In this document: piece after piece, positions 1 to 11,996 of the stretch
How positions within the stretch are numbered: position 1 is the first letter of the stretch
Layout: the number at the start of each line of letters is the position of its first letter
Made by a program: the position numbers and the translations under genes
Source: Macrostomum lignano
Lineage: Eukaryota
Direction: 5' to 3'
NCBI GenBank assembly: GCA_002269645.1
Contig: NIVC01001165.1
Location: 220,261-284,260, forward strand
Length of the DNA stretch: 64,000 nt
The notes under the pieces: model-generated
Databases searched by the model: none
Told to the model about the DNA's origin: nothing
Seen by the model: the letters and a program-made list of their open reading frames with translations, nothing else

Positions 1-237
1 TGACCAACGCGGCTTTGTATCATCGCGCCGGCGTGGCGTTCATTCGCGACCTGGCCCTCTGGCTCACACAGGCAGCGAAGCAAAGCAGCTCTACTAGATT
101 GAGTCAATCGGCTTCTCCCTGCCAGATTCTGCCTCACCTGAGCTTCAGCCTGCAGTCTCAAGGGCTCGATTTGTAAAAATATTCGAAGTTAATTAGCTTT
201 CAGTTGATTTCTTTTTGAGATTCGTATATTACCTTTT

Positions 238-1052
238 CAGGACTGGCACCGGTTCTGAGTGTCCTTTAGGACTGGCACCGCTCCTGAGTGTCCTTCAGGA
301 CTGGCACCGCTCCTGAGTGTCCTTCAGGACTGGCACCGCTCCTGAGTGTCCTTCAGGACTGGCACCGCTCCTGAGTGTCCTTCAGGACTGGCACCGCTCC
401 TGAGTGTCCTTCAGGACTGGCACCGCTCCTGAGTGTCCTTCAGGACTGGCACCGCTCCTGAGTGTCCTTCAGGACTGGCACCGCTCCTGAGTGTCCTTCA
501 GGACTGGCACCGGTCCTGAACTGGCACCGCTCCTGAGTGTCCTTCAGGACTGGCACCGCTCCTGAGTGTCCTTCAGGACTGGCACCGGTCCTGAACTGGC
601 ACCGCTCCTGAGTGTCCTTCAGGACTGGCACCGCTCCTGAGTGTCCTTCAGGACTGGCACCGCTCCTGAGTGTCCTTCAGGACTGGCACCGCTCCTGAGT
701 GTCCTTCAGGACTGGCACCGCTCCTGAGTGTCCTTCAGGACTGGCACCGCTCCTGAGTGTCCTTCAGGACTGGCACCGCTCCTGAGTGTCCTTCAGGACT
801 GGCACCGCTCCTGAGTGTCCTTCAGGACTGGCACCGCTCCTGAGTGTCCTTCAGGACTGGCACCGCTCCTGAGTGTCCTTCAGGACTGGCACCGCTCCTG
901 AGTGTCCTTCAGGACTGGCACCGCTCCTGAGTGTCCTTCAGGACTGGCACCGGTCCTGAACTGGCACCGCTCCTGAGTGTCCTTCAGGACTGGCACCGCT
1001 CCTGAGTGTCCTTCAGGACTGGCACCGCTCCTGAGTGTCCTTCAGGACTGGC
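238..1052 (+). repeat. 29-bp minisatellite (CAGGACTGGCACCGCTCCTGAGTGTCCTT), about 28 units
   Basis: Direct tandem units with three 17-bp variant units (CTGGCACCGGTCCTGAA); no unique spacers. Confidence 0.97.
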
Positions 1053-2320
1053 TCCAGGGAACTCCAAGAGAATCGACCGTATTCCAGGGTCATTCATTCT
1101 TCCTCTTTGCTGTTGAGAGTGCGGAGCAGATCTCCTTGCTATTACTCGGCACAGCTCATCTCCCTCGGCACACACCCGGATTTCCCCAACGTTTTCGGAC
1201 CCGAGAACCAACGGCGCTACCCGCTACCTAAGGGCAACCGGGCGAGCGCCATCCACCCCCTGGACCACCGGATCTCCTTGCTTCCAGCTAAGCCCTTTCT
1301 GGACTTCTGATTGAAGATTTCAAGCATGTACTAAAAGCCTTCGATGCTCAACGGTGTTTTCAAAGTCTTCAGATCGATTTCATCAAGTGAGCACTTGTTC
1401 TGCATCATGACCGCACAAGCAGCTTCCCAAACAACATCAAAACCGATAGGTCGAGCAGACAGCTGATCAGGGCACCCGTGGCGAGTTCGCGTCTGCAGCT
1501 GTAACGGATTTATTTAGAGTCCCTTTTGACGTCATGTAGAGGCTCTGCAGCTGGGCTCCGCTAATACAGGGCCTGGGTCTTGACGTCTTTGATTGCTGCA
1601 TAACTATATTAAAAGAGAATCCAAATTGTACAACATCCAACACACAAAAATAAATGGCACAAAATCTTTTCAATCAATCATTCAATCTCGTGAAGCATTC
1701 ATTTCACACATCCACTGAAAAAAACTTGAGTACTTAAACTGGCAAAAAACCAAGATATTATTTAATCCAACGAATTACATTATTCATTACATTATTCATT
1801 ATCTGCCAGAGAACAGTATGATTAGGTCCACAAAATGACTAAAAAACTTTCATTTCTTTGAAACAAGGAATTACATTGAATTAAAAGGTACATTGAAAGG
1901 TGAGTAAGTATCAGGACTCTAAGCCAGAATTCAAAGAGAGAACTGCGTGCTTTGCCAAAACTTGAACATGCGCAGCTTACGGCCAGCCGCTCATATCCGA
2001 ACAGCATGAAATTTGAGTCTCCAACAGGACGCAAAGCTTTCGGGAGGAAAGCAGAGGGCAATAAATAACTGTGACACGACAAATTTCTCTGGCTGACTTC
2101 CGCTTCTACAATGTCTTGAACACAGAAGCGCATTCGCAAAGACTATCAAGGAAAGATTACGAGGAATTGAAACGTTTTGATAAAAAAGGTTGTTAAATTT
2201 CTGGACAAGAAAATTGAAGCGAAAAAGTTTAAATTCTTTGACATAATTTTTACCTCTAAATTGGGGTTCTTAAAGTTCGTCTTCTCTGCACAGTCGCAGC
2301 AGCACCTGTCGCATTCGCAC

Positions 2321-3081
2321 TCAGCGGCGGACAAAGAAGTCGCCGCTGCTGGCGCTGCTGAGCGCGGCCGGGACCGCAGCGAACTCCAGCAGGTGGCACA
2401 GGCGCTGCAGCTGGCTAAAGATCACCGCTTGGCAACCGGAGCGACACCGGTACAAGCACTCGGGCAGCCCAGCACACTGCAGTGTTCTGAAGGCGGGCGC
2501 ATCCGGGAAGCTCAGCTCAACGAACGTCCGGTTACCGGGGACGAACACGTTCCGGTCTGCAGATGTAGAATGGGGCCAGTTGCATTAATGCCAAGCATTT
2601 CTACACAGAAAGCAATTTTTACTTTTAACCTACTCATGCAAGCGTCTTCCGAACTGCCCGTGTAGCTCAGCCGGAGCACGCGGTTTCGAAATTCGCCTCC
2701 GCAGTTCTGGCTTGAGTTTCCACTGCAAACATGGCCGCACTCCCAGTAAGGAGCAGCGCCCAGCGACCCGTAGGAGTTGCCGCAGTAGCACCAGCGTATG
2801 GCCTGCAGAGCCGCGAACCGGAAGCCGCCCAGAGCGCAGGCGCTGCTGCACAGCTCGTGAGTCATCTGGCCGCTGTTGATAGCATAGTCTACCTGAGATA
2901 CGCCGGAGCTACCGATCCGTGTGAGTCCAATGTTCTTCATGCCATCTAAGTCTCTGATGCCATTCTTCGAGTAGTCAACGAAGCAGCCGAGGTCCGAGAT
3001 CTGGAACTGGCGGCAGAGAGCGGCGAAGATGAGGCAGCTCAGGATCGGAGCGCAGAAGCAGGTCCTGTACAGAGCCGGCAT
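2321..3081 (-). CDS. Secreted WSC-domain + PAN/apple-like protein, 2 exons (about 227 aa)
   Basis: Exons 3081-2634 and 2556-2321; the 77-bp intron GTAGGT...CTGCAG joins them in frame. Hydrophobic N-terminus; WSC cysteine pattern LGCFVD...MTHELCSSAC...FAALQ...CYCGN...EC...CSGNSSQNCGG; exon 2 CAGLPECLYRCRSGCQAVIFSQLQRLCHLL is PAN-like. Confidence 0.85.
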
Positions 3082-3699
3082 GGCAGGCTGATTGCCAGTG
3101 CGAATTTCAGAGAAAATTGGCAGAGTTCGGACTCAGAGTAGAGAGAGAGCGGATTCGCAGCGAGAGGCCTCATCGCAGCTGTTTCAAGCGTATTATTTTT
3201 GCTAGGAGAAAGACAATGGGCCTTCAATACAGAACCCATTACGGGTTCGCACAGCCGCGCGAGCCCTGATTGGAATCCGTTGGCTGCAGCCATTGCGTCA
3301 AAGCCAACAGGTGTGAATGAAAAATAGATTTAAATCCATGAATTCCTGGGCTGCAGTTTCAGAAATATTTGCAGCAACAAAGCTTGCTGTGGGCCCTTCA
3401 TCAAGGATGAGTTAGCACATATGAAATAACTGAGCGTCTAATTCAGACGCACAAGGATTTGTTGCACACCTTTGCTGCTCGCATATACTCGCGTTAGACG
3501 AGGCCAAGTAAGAAAAAAAGGGAAGTGAAGTGGCGCGCTTTATTTACTATAAATAATTTACATAATATAGAGAGAGCGATCGAGACAGTCCAATCAGAGG
3601 CTTCTGACGGACTGGTGCAAGGATTTTGCTAGAACTAGAACCTGGACTAGAAACTTTTTTGTGGGGGCGAACTATCTTAGGAATATTAATAGGAAATTA

Positions 3700-4745
3700 C
3701 TCGATCATATACGGCCCTGCTTGCACTTGCAAAACAAGTTCATTAGGTACCGAACCAAATGGTAGGGTATTCTACAGGTATACTTACGCAATCCATACTG
3801 ATACCCACAAAGAACGGAAGAAAAGACCCCGATTTGGATCAACCAAGTTCTTCGAAAAACTCTTCGATATATTTCTGAATTATAAGAATCGTAGAATAGA
3901 GGCAAAATTTGTGTTGCAAACCGCCGTAGGCAATACGAGTAACATTCAGGGCGCAACACAATTTTGTTGACGAGGCCCACAACCAAGAGCATGCGCTAAA
4001 AAGAATCGGATGCTACCACCGCGAGTCAGCTTGAAATACAATTAAAACAGCACCCATATACCACAGTGACCAGCACGAGGGTCCTGAAAAGCACATCAAC
4101 TGTAGGACTGTAGGTCCGATTTCGAAAATCCCCACATTTCCGTCCTATTCACCGTCTAATATTTTCGGGGGGGGACTTAAACTAAGCGATTCAAAATATT
4201 CCACGATTCGTCTTCCGCGACGACCCAACTCGTTTGCTTCTCACCCCTTACTATCCAATGCCTACAAGGAAGCTTCGAAGTGTCTGTATCTAAGGTAATC
4301 GTCGAAGACCTCTGAACGTGTCCTGAGGATGCACACCCAAAAAGACAACACCAAACAATCCCATACATAGATTTTTAATAATTGACCGCAAAAATCTATC
4401 ACTGACACCCTGCAACATATTCAGCTTCACTTCCATGCTTTACCCTGCACGACGTCGCGAAGCTCCGTGATCTGCAGCTGCTTGTCAAATAGACCGCCGA
4501 ATATTAAATTGTAGACAACGCTTGTTGCTTGAGCGAAACGCTACTGACACCCATCATCTCGTCCTTGCAGATACAAGCCCAACTGCTGCAGCAGATAGGC
4601 ATATTCTGTCACACAACTACCTGCACCAAAATTCGTCTTCAGATCTGCAGTCTGCGAACGTGCGAAGGGACCGGACTCCCATTCACAAACACACCAATGC
4701 TGTTGACATTTGCATGTTCAAAATTGAACTGATTTATATCTATAC
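3700..4745 (-). pseudogene. Decayed Polinton/Maverick (adintovirus-like) fragment: major capsid C-terminus, adenain-type cysteine protease, possible minor capsid N-terminus
   Basis: Manual translation across frameshifts and stops. Capsid-like: INQFNFEHANVNSIGVFVNGSPVP, LKTNFGAGSCVTEYAYLLQQLG. Protease motifs in order: FLGVHPQD, LDTDTSKLPCRHW, VEYFESLSLSPP, FQDPRAGHCGIWVLF. Then MLLVLPT...NISKSFSKNL...WVSVWIA, which is weakly minor-capsid-like. Confidence 0.7.
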
Positions 4746-4749
4746 TTAA

Positions 4750-5205
4750 CGCTCTCCTCAGCTTGAAAGGTCGTACGCCGCGTAGGATGGTTTCGACCAC
4801 CGCCTGCCACATCACTGAGCCTTCTGGCGGTCGGGCAGAGCTTCGGACTGGAGGACGGCTCGGATCGAACGGAAAGCCGCCCAGGCAAGTCCTCTGCGCC
4901 GCAGGACGTCCTTTCTAATCGTGGGGCACCACACCGCCGAGGTAGGTAACCACTGGCAGCGTGCGAGCTTGGTCATTTGCCCATCTGCGCCGCGGCAAGT
5001 CAGGTCCGCTGGGATGTCGGCCGGCAAGAACATTCAGCACCTCAATCTTCAGGGTGATGAAAACCAGACCGACGCTCGATGCCACCTCGACCAGCCTGCC
5101 GATTTGCTGCTGAGCGTTCTCAACGGACGAGGACAGGAGGGCGAGGTCGTCGGCGTAGCCAAACACTCTCGGGGCGCTTTTCGCCGTGGTGGCGACTGAT
5201 GCGTC
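4750..5205 (-). mobile_element. Degenerate non-LTR retrotransposon RT fragment (RTE-like)
   Basis: GYADDLALLSS...GL (YADD motif), YLGG, RRRGLAWAAFRSIRAVLQSEALPD.Q.A...QAVVETIL; frameshifted; homologous to the element at 39043-39743. Confidence 0.85.
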
Positions 5206-5756
5206 TGCGCAAATTAACAAAGCAAGAAAACTAAAAGGGAATTAAGAGAGTAGAAAACGAGATAAAATTGCAAAATTGGCCCGTTTACAGTGGGTTTGTG
5301 CAGATGAGCAAAAGCGGAAGGGACAGCTATAGCGGTCCTATGTACTGGAAGGGTACGTATCCAGCGGTTGGACCCGACATTTAGTCCAGGTGGAGCAATC
5401 AGATGGAAGGGAGGCCAACCCAAAGTAAAATAAATTCGCACTTTACAGGGTCCTCAGTTAATGTAGGCCCTGAATAAAGAGCCATTGACCTGCGAGTTTT
5501 TGTAATTTTGTAATTCATAATTTATTTATGATTCATTGTTTATATCTCATCTCCGCCCTCTTAGAAACACCGCGGCTTCGGCGGCAAGGGGTCAATATAG
5601 GGGAGCAAACAAACACTTAGCATCAAATTTACTCCTACTAAACATTGATTGATTTCGATTTAAAAACCGCGGGTCCCCGTGGGTCCCACAGTAAGTGTAG
5701 TGGCCCTGAAAAGGGATGTTTGAATGATTTACCTTTTACTTCTTCAAGCTAGTTTT

Positions 5757-6058
5757 TGAAAAGGTTCATGTTGAGAAGGATTCACATTGAGAAGGCTTCA
5801 TGTTGAGAAGGTTTCATCTGGAGAAGGTTTCATGTTGAGAAGGCTTCATCTTGGGAAGGTTTCATCTTGAGAAGGTTTCATCTTGAGAAGGTTTCATGTT
5901 GAGAAGGTTTCATCTTGAGAAGGTTTCATCTTGAGAAGGTTTCATGTTGAGAAGGTTTCATCTTGAGAAGGTTTCATGTTGAGAAGGTTTCATCTTGAGA
6001 AGGTTTCATGTTGAGAAGGTTTCATGTTGAGAAGGTTTCATCTTTTTTGAGAAGGTTT
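5757..6058 (+). repeat. 16-bp minisatellite (GAGAAGGTTTCAT[C/G]TT), about 18 units; duplicate at 14671-14972
   Basis: Direct tandem units visible. Confidence 0.95.
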
Positions 6059-7354
6059 GATCTGTGTTGCGAGGAACTTGAATCAACTCCCATGAACTGA
6101 ATGGCATGGCTGAATTCGAGTGCGAACTGCTTCAGAGAGCCCGTGACTCTGGCTCGCTGTCACAGCTATTATCACATAATACCTGGCATAAAAAGCCACT
6201 CCAACTGCCTGGCTGTAGGTTGACATTGGTTTCTACTGGTCTTGCCAAGGCAGAGTGCAAAGAGTATAATTGAATTTCAGTAATAATATTCTTAGTTGAA
6301 TCATTTGTTTAGTATTTTTGATATAGCATTAGAATTTTCGAAGTCGATTCTTCTAAGACAATTTAATACTGATAGTAGTACGCTCGTACTTGAGACGCAT
6401 TGCAGAGCTATATGCAGTCAGCAGATGCACAAATAAAATCAGTGGTAAATTTTCTTGTCCTCAATTTGATTCAAATTGTTTTATCTAACCATTAAGTTGG
6501 AAAATATGGGAAGCTACTCGGACGAGCTTAATAGAGAAAATGAAATGTAACGCAAGTGATAAATTAAAATTCTGATTAACAGTAGAAATACCAAGCCATT
6601 TTTCCACCCGTCGAACTACCAAGAGGGGGAGGGGGAGTTCCATGACAAATTTTTGCTGTGCCGCAACGGAGCAACGCAGGCACACAAAATTCAAATAAAT
6701 TTGGCTAAATTCGGGCGACATCGGGCTAAATTTTTGTTGTGATGAGGACGCACTTTTTCCCAAATCCCGCGCTAGCACATGGGCTCTGAATTTACTTGGC
6801 TACTAACAGTGGGCAGTGGGCATTTTTATCCTTTTTCTGCGAATTTTCATAAAATTTATACTAGATATTAATGTCTGGTCATACTAGTAGTCATAAAAAC
6901 ATAGGCGCAGCTTTTTGGGTCATAAATCATCGCTTTCGAAGCTGGTCTGACAGCCACCTGCGCCTCACTCAGTGTTTAGGCGGGTGCCAGATGGTCTGAG
7001 AGGATGCGGGCGGTAGCTTTTTTTCTCATCATTTTGACAGGCCATCAAGATTTATGAGGTCAGAGCCTATTGTTCGTGTTCACTCAAGCGTGTGACAGCT
7101 TTGACAGCTATGCGTTTTACCCCTAAAAGTACCTTGGGATTAGCGATTAGCGATTTCTCTTCATTATCTTCACTTTCTATTTAATAAGAGCTCTCTAATG
7201 TATATTTTTTCATTAATTTCTGTCAATCCTACGTGAAAAGTCATAAATCATTTTGTTGCGATTTTGAGTGATTTATGGCCGCACCTGTCATCTTTTTACG
7301 ACCCTGTGGGAACTGATAGGATCTCTCGGTCACGTGATTCTGGGTAGCAACAAG

Positions 7355-7470
7355 CTTAGCCAATCAGAAAATTCGGCGCTCATTTTAACAAAACGGCTCA
7401 GCCAATGAGAATCGACGTGTTCCATTATAACAAACTGCGGTCCAGTTGGCGGCTATTTAAACCGGAGTTT
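7355..7470 (+). promoter_or_regulatory. Promoter-like cassette (two AGCCAAT boxes + TATTTAAA); duplicate at about 16269-16384
   Basis: TTAGCCAATCAG and TCAGCCAATGAG followed by GGCTATTTAAACC and a GC-rich leader; probably the promoter of a mobile element. Confidence 0.45.
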
Positions 7471-8063
7471 TTGGCCCGCTCGGACTCAAATTTGGCTCGG
7501 GCCCAGCGCGCAACTTCTGGTTCCCAGAGCACGACCGTCGTTTCCTGATCCCCGGATTGCGACTTCCCCCATCATCATCAAGGACGAGTCCCCCGGTCGA
7601 CAGCAGCGAACATCAAGCAAAGATCATCACCTGCAGCTATCAGCGAAGATCGTGACAGCATCATCCCGAGTCTACAGCTGCGAAAAGCACTAAGCCGATT
7701 CGGTCACTGTGGATTACCTGGTCTCCAGCTGATGAGTTTCTGATTGGTTGGGTGAGAGGCTACCTAGGCTTGCTTGATTAGGTGATCCCCTATCTGTCCC
7801 CTGTTTCAGTAGCTGAATTAGGCGCACACTTTTGCTCATTTTGTTCAGTAGTGCTGTTGCTGAGGCAGAAATCATTCAATAATACTGCTAGTAGTCTAAG
7901 ACTCCAATTCAATCTGAAGTGTGAAGTGAACTAAGGAGAAGGTTAAATCTAACAGTTATTGTTATCGGTTTTATTTCTTTGTTCGCCGATGGCTCAGATG
8001 AGTAGCTAAGCTAGTAGGCGCCGGTCACAGTGGACCAATGGCAAGGCAGTCGACCAATCTATC

Positions 8064-8099
<36 letters not shown>

Positions 8100-8128
8100 T
8101 ATAGATAGATAGATAGATAGATAGATAG
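8064..8128 (+). repeat. (GATA)n microsatellite at the duplication junction
   Basis: Direct reading. Confidence 0.97.
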
Positions 8129-9242
8129 ATGAGTATTAGCATGAGTATTAGCTGGAGGCCGAGGACATCAAGCATGAGTATTAGCTGGAGTCCGAGGACA
8201 TCAAGCATGAGTATTAGCTGGAGTCCGAGGACATCAAGCATGAGTATCAGCTGGAGTCCGAGGACATCAAGCATGAGTATCAGCTGGAGTCCGAGGACAT
8301 CAAGCATGAGTATTAGCTGGAGTCCGAGGACATCAAGCATGAGTATTAGCTGGAGGCCGAGGACATCAAGCATGAGTATTAGCTGGAGGCCGAGGACATC
8401 AAGCATGAGTATCAGCTGGAGTCCGAGGACATCAAGCATGAGTATTAGCTGGAGTCCGAGGACATCAAGCATGAGTATTAGCTAGAGGCCGAGGACATCA
8501 AGCATGAGTATTAGCTGGAGTCCGAGGACATCAAGCATGAGTATCAGCTGGAGTCCGAGGACATCAAGCATGAGTATCAGCTGGAGTCCGAGGACATCAA
8601 GCATGAGTATTAGCTGGAGGCCGAGGACATCAAGCATGAGTATCAGCTGGAGGCCGAGGACATCAAGCATGAGTATCAGCTGGAGTCCGAGGACATCAAG
8701 CATGAGTATCAGCTGGAGGCCGAGGACATCAAGCATGAGTATCAGCTGGAGTCCGAGGACATCAAGCATGAGTATTAGCTGGAGGCCGAGGACATCAAGC
8801 ATGAGTATTAGCTGGAGGCCGAGGACATCAAGCATGAGTATTAGCTGGAGGCCGAGGACATCAAGCATGAGTATCAGCTGGAGGCCGAGGACATCAAGCA
8901 TGAGTATCAGCTGGAGGCCGAGGACATCAAGCATGAGTATCAGCTGGAGGCCGAGGACATCAAGCATGAGTATTAGCTGGAGGCCGAGGACATCAAGCAT
9001 GAGCATCAGCTGGAGGCCGAGGACATCAAGCATGAGTATCAGCTGGAGGCCGAGGACATCAAGCATGAGTATTAGCTGGAGGCCGAGGACATCAAGCATG
9101 AGTATCAGCTGGAGGCCGAGGACATCAAGCATGAGTATTAGCTGGAGTCCGAGGACATCAAGCATGAGTATCAGCTAGAGTCCGAGGACATCAAGCATGA
9201 GTATCAGCTGGAGGCCGAGGACATCAAGCATGAGTATCAGCT
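8129..9242 (+). repeat. 33-bp minisatellite (GAGTA[T/C]...AGCTGGAG[G/T]CCGAGGACATCAAGCAT), about 34 units
   Basis: Tandem units; the long ORFs over it are repeat artefacts. Confidence 0.97.
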
Positions 9243-9312
9243 ACGAGCGAGTGACCAACGCGGCTTTGTATCATCGCGCCGGCGTGGCGTTCATTCGCGA
9301 CCTGGCCCTCTG
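9243..9312 (+). mobile_element. Tiny internally deleted LINE remnant (also at 1-61)
   Basis: YERVTNAALYHRAG fused to VAFIRDLAL; both halves match the 39-kb LINE ORF (ERVTN...ALYHRAG and AAFVRAQAL). Confidence 0.7.
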
Positions 9313-9488
9313 GCTCACACAGGCAGCGAAGCAAAGCAGCTCTACTAGATTGAGTCAATCGGCTTCTCCCTGCCAGATTCTGCCTCACCTGAGCTTCAGC
9401 CTGCAGTCTCAAGGGCTCGATTTGTAAAAATATTCGAAGTTAATTAGCTTTCAGTTGATTTCTTTTTGAGATTCGTATATTACCTTTT

Positions 9489-9967
9489 CAGGACTGGCAC
9501 CGGTTCTGAGTGTCCTTTAGGACTGGCACCGCTCCTGAGTGTCCTTCAGGACTGGCACCGGTCCTGAACTGGCACCGCTCCTGAGTGTCCTTCAGGACTG
9601 GCACCGCTCCTGAGTGTCCTTCAGGACTGGCACCGCTCCTGAGTGTCCTTCAGGACTGGCACCGCTCCTGAGTGTCCTTCAGGACTGGCACCGCTCCTGA
9701 GTGTCCTTCAGGACTGGCACCGCTCCTGAGTGTCCTTCAGGACTGGCACCGCTCCTGAGTGTCCTTCAGGACTGGCACCGCTCCTGAGTGTCCTTCAGGA
9801 CTGGCACCGCTCCTGAGTGTCCTTCAGGACTGGCACCGCTCCTGAGTGTCCTTCAGGACTGGCACCGGTCCTGAACTGGCACCGCTCCTGAGTGTCCTTC
9901 AGGACTGGCACCGCTCCTGAGTGTCCTTCAGGACTGGCACCGCTCCTGAGTGTCCTTCAGGACTGGC
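9489..9967 (+). repeat. 29-bp minisatellite, copy 2 (336 bp shorter)
   Basis: Same unit as 238-1052. The length difference of 336 equals 11x29 + 17. Confidence 0.95.
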
Positions 9968-11235
9968 TCCAGGGAACTCCAAGAGAATCGACCGTATTCC
10001 AGGGTCATTCATTCTTCCTCTTTGCTGTTGAGAGTGCGGAGCAGATCTCCTTGCTATTACTCGGCACAGCTCATCTCCCTCGGCACACACCCGGATTTCC
10101 CCAACGTTTTCGGACCCGAGAACCAACGGCGCTACCCGCTACCTAAGGGCAACCGGGCGAGCGCCATCCACCCCCTGGACCACCGGATCTCCTTGCTTCC
10201 AGCTAAGCCCTTTCTGGACTTCTGATTGAAGATTTCAAGCATGTACTAAAAGCCTTCGATGCTCAACGGTGTTTTCAAAGTCTTCAGATCGATTTCATCA
10301 AGTGAGCACTTGTTCTGCATCATGACCGCACAAGCAGCTTCCCAAACAACATCAAAACCGATAGGTCGAGCAGACAGCTGATCAGGGCACCCGTGGCGAG
10401 TTCGCGTCTGCAGCTGTAACGGATTTATTTAGAGTCCCTTTTGACGTCATGTAGAGGCTCTGCAGCTGGGCTCCGCTAATACAGGGCCTGGGTCTTGACG
10501 TCTTTGATTGCTGCATAACTATATTAAAAGAGAATCCAAATTGTACAACATCCAACACACAAAAATAAATGGCACAAAATCTTTTCAATCAATCATTCAA
10601 TCTCGTGAAGCATTCATTTCACACATCCACTGAAAAAAACTTGAGTACTTAAACTGGCAAAAAACCAAGATATTATTTAATCCAACGAATTACATTATTC
10701 ATTACATTATTCATTATCTGCCAGAGAACAGTATGATTAGGTCCACAAAATGACTAAAAAACTTTCATTTCTTTGAAACAAGGAATTACATTGAATTAAA
10801 AGGTACATTGAAAGGTGAGTAAGTATCAGGACTCTAAGCCAGAATTCAAAGAGAGAACTGCGTGCTTTGCCAAAACTTGAACATGCGCAGCTTACGGCCA
10901 GCCGCTCATATCCGAACAGCATGAAATTTGAGTCTCCAACAGGACGCAAAGCTTTCGGGAGGAAAGCAGAGGGCAATAAATAACTGTGACACGACAAATT
11001 TCTCTGGCTGACTTCCGCTTCTACAATGTCTTGAACACAGAAGCGCATTCGCAAAGACTATCAAGGAAAGATTACGAGGAATTGAAACGTTTTGATAAAA
11101 AAGGTTGTTAAATTTCTGGACAAGAAAATTGAAGCGAAAAAGTTTAAATTCTTTGACATAATTTTTACCTCTAAATTGGGGTTCTTAAAGTTCGTCTTCT
11201 CTGCACAGTCGCAGCAGCACCTGTCGCATTCGCAC

Positions 11236-11996
11236 TCAGCGGCGGACAAAGAAGTCGCCGCTGCTGGCGCTGCTGAGCGCGGCCGGGACCGCAGCGAACT
11301 CCAGCAGGTGGCACAGGCGCTGCAGCTGGCTAAAGATCACCGCTTGGCAACCGGAGCGACACCGGTACAAGCACTCGGGCAGCCCAGCACACTGCAGTGT
11401 TCTGAAGGCGGGCGCATCCGGGAAGCTCAGCTCAACGAACGTCCGGTTACCGGGGACGAACACGTTCCGGTCTGCAGATGTAGAATGGGGCCAGTTGCAT
11501 TAATGCCAAGCATTTCTACACAGAAAGCAATTTTTACTTTTAACCTACTCATGCAAGCGTCTTCCGAACTGCCCGTGTAGCTCAGCCGGAGCACGCGGTT
11601 TCGAAATTCGCCTCCGCAGTTCTGGCTTGAGTTTCCACTGCAAACATGGCCGCACTCCCAGTAAGGAGCAGCGCCCAGCGACCCGTAGGAGTTGCCGCAG
11701 TAGCACCAGCGTATGGCCTGCAGAGCCGCGAACCGGAAGCCGCCCAGAGCGCAGGCGCTGCTGCACAGCTCGTGAGTCATCTGGCCGCTGTTGATAGCAT
11801 AGTCTACCTGAGATACGCCGGAGCTACCGATCCGTGTGAGTCCAATGTTCTTCATGCCATCTAAGTCTCTGATGCCATTCTTCGAGTAGTCAACGAAGCA
11901 GCCGAGGTCCGAGATCTGGAACTGGCGGCAGAGAGCGGCGAAGATGAGGCAGCTCAGGATCGGAGCGCAGAAGCAGGTCCTGTACAGAGCCGGCAT
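11236..11996 (-). CDS. Secreted WSC + PAN-like protein, duplicate copy
   Basis: Identical to 2321-3081 at +8915 (exons 11996-11549, 11471-11236). Confidence 0.85.

Larger units (their letters stand above)
1..8063 (+). repeat. Tandem segmental duplication, copy 1 (starts before the window)
   Basis: Position 1 matches 9252. After the 29-bp VNTR the offset is 8915, then 8914 after a one-base poly-G difference near 4166. Identity ends at ...CCAATCTATC (8063 = 16977). Confidence 0.97.

Noticed and set aside
3626-3970. Plus-strand ORF with IIYGPACTCKT resembling a decayed Walker A motif
   Set aside because: No Walker B or other helicase motifs; the opposite strand is better explained as the Polinton-like fragment.
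5757-6058. 16-bp repeat as a heat-shock-element array
   Set aside because: GAAggTTT and its spacing do not fit alternating nGAAn pentamers.
238-9242. 29-, 33- and 23-bp arrays as CRISPR arrays
   Set aside because: Units are directly adjacent without unique spacers, there are no cas genes, and the context is eukaryotic.
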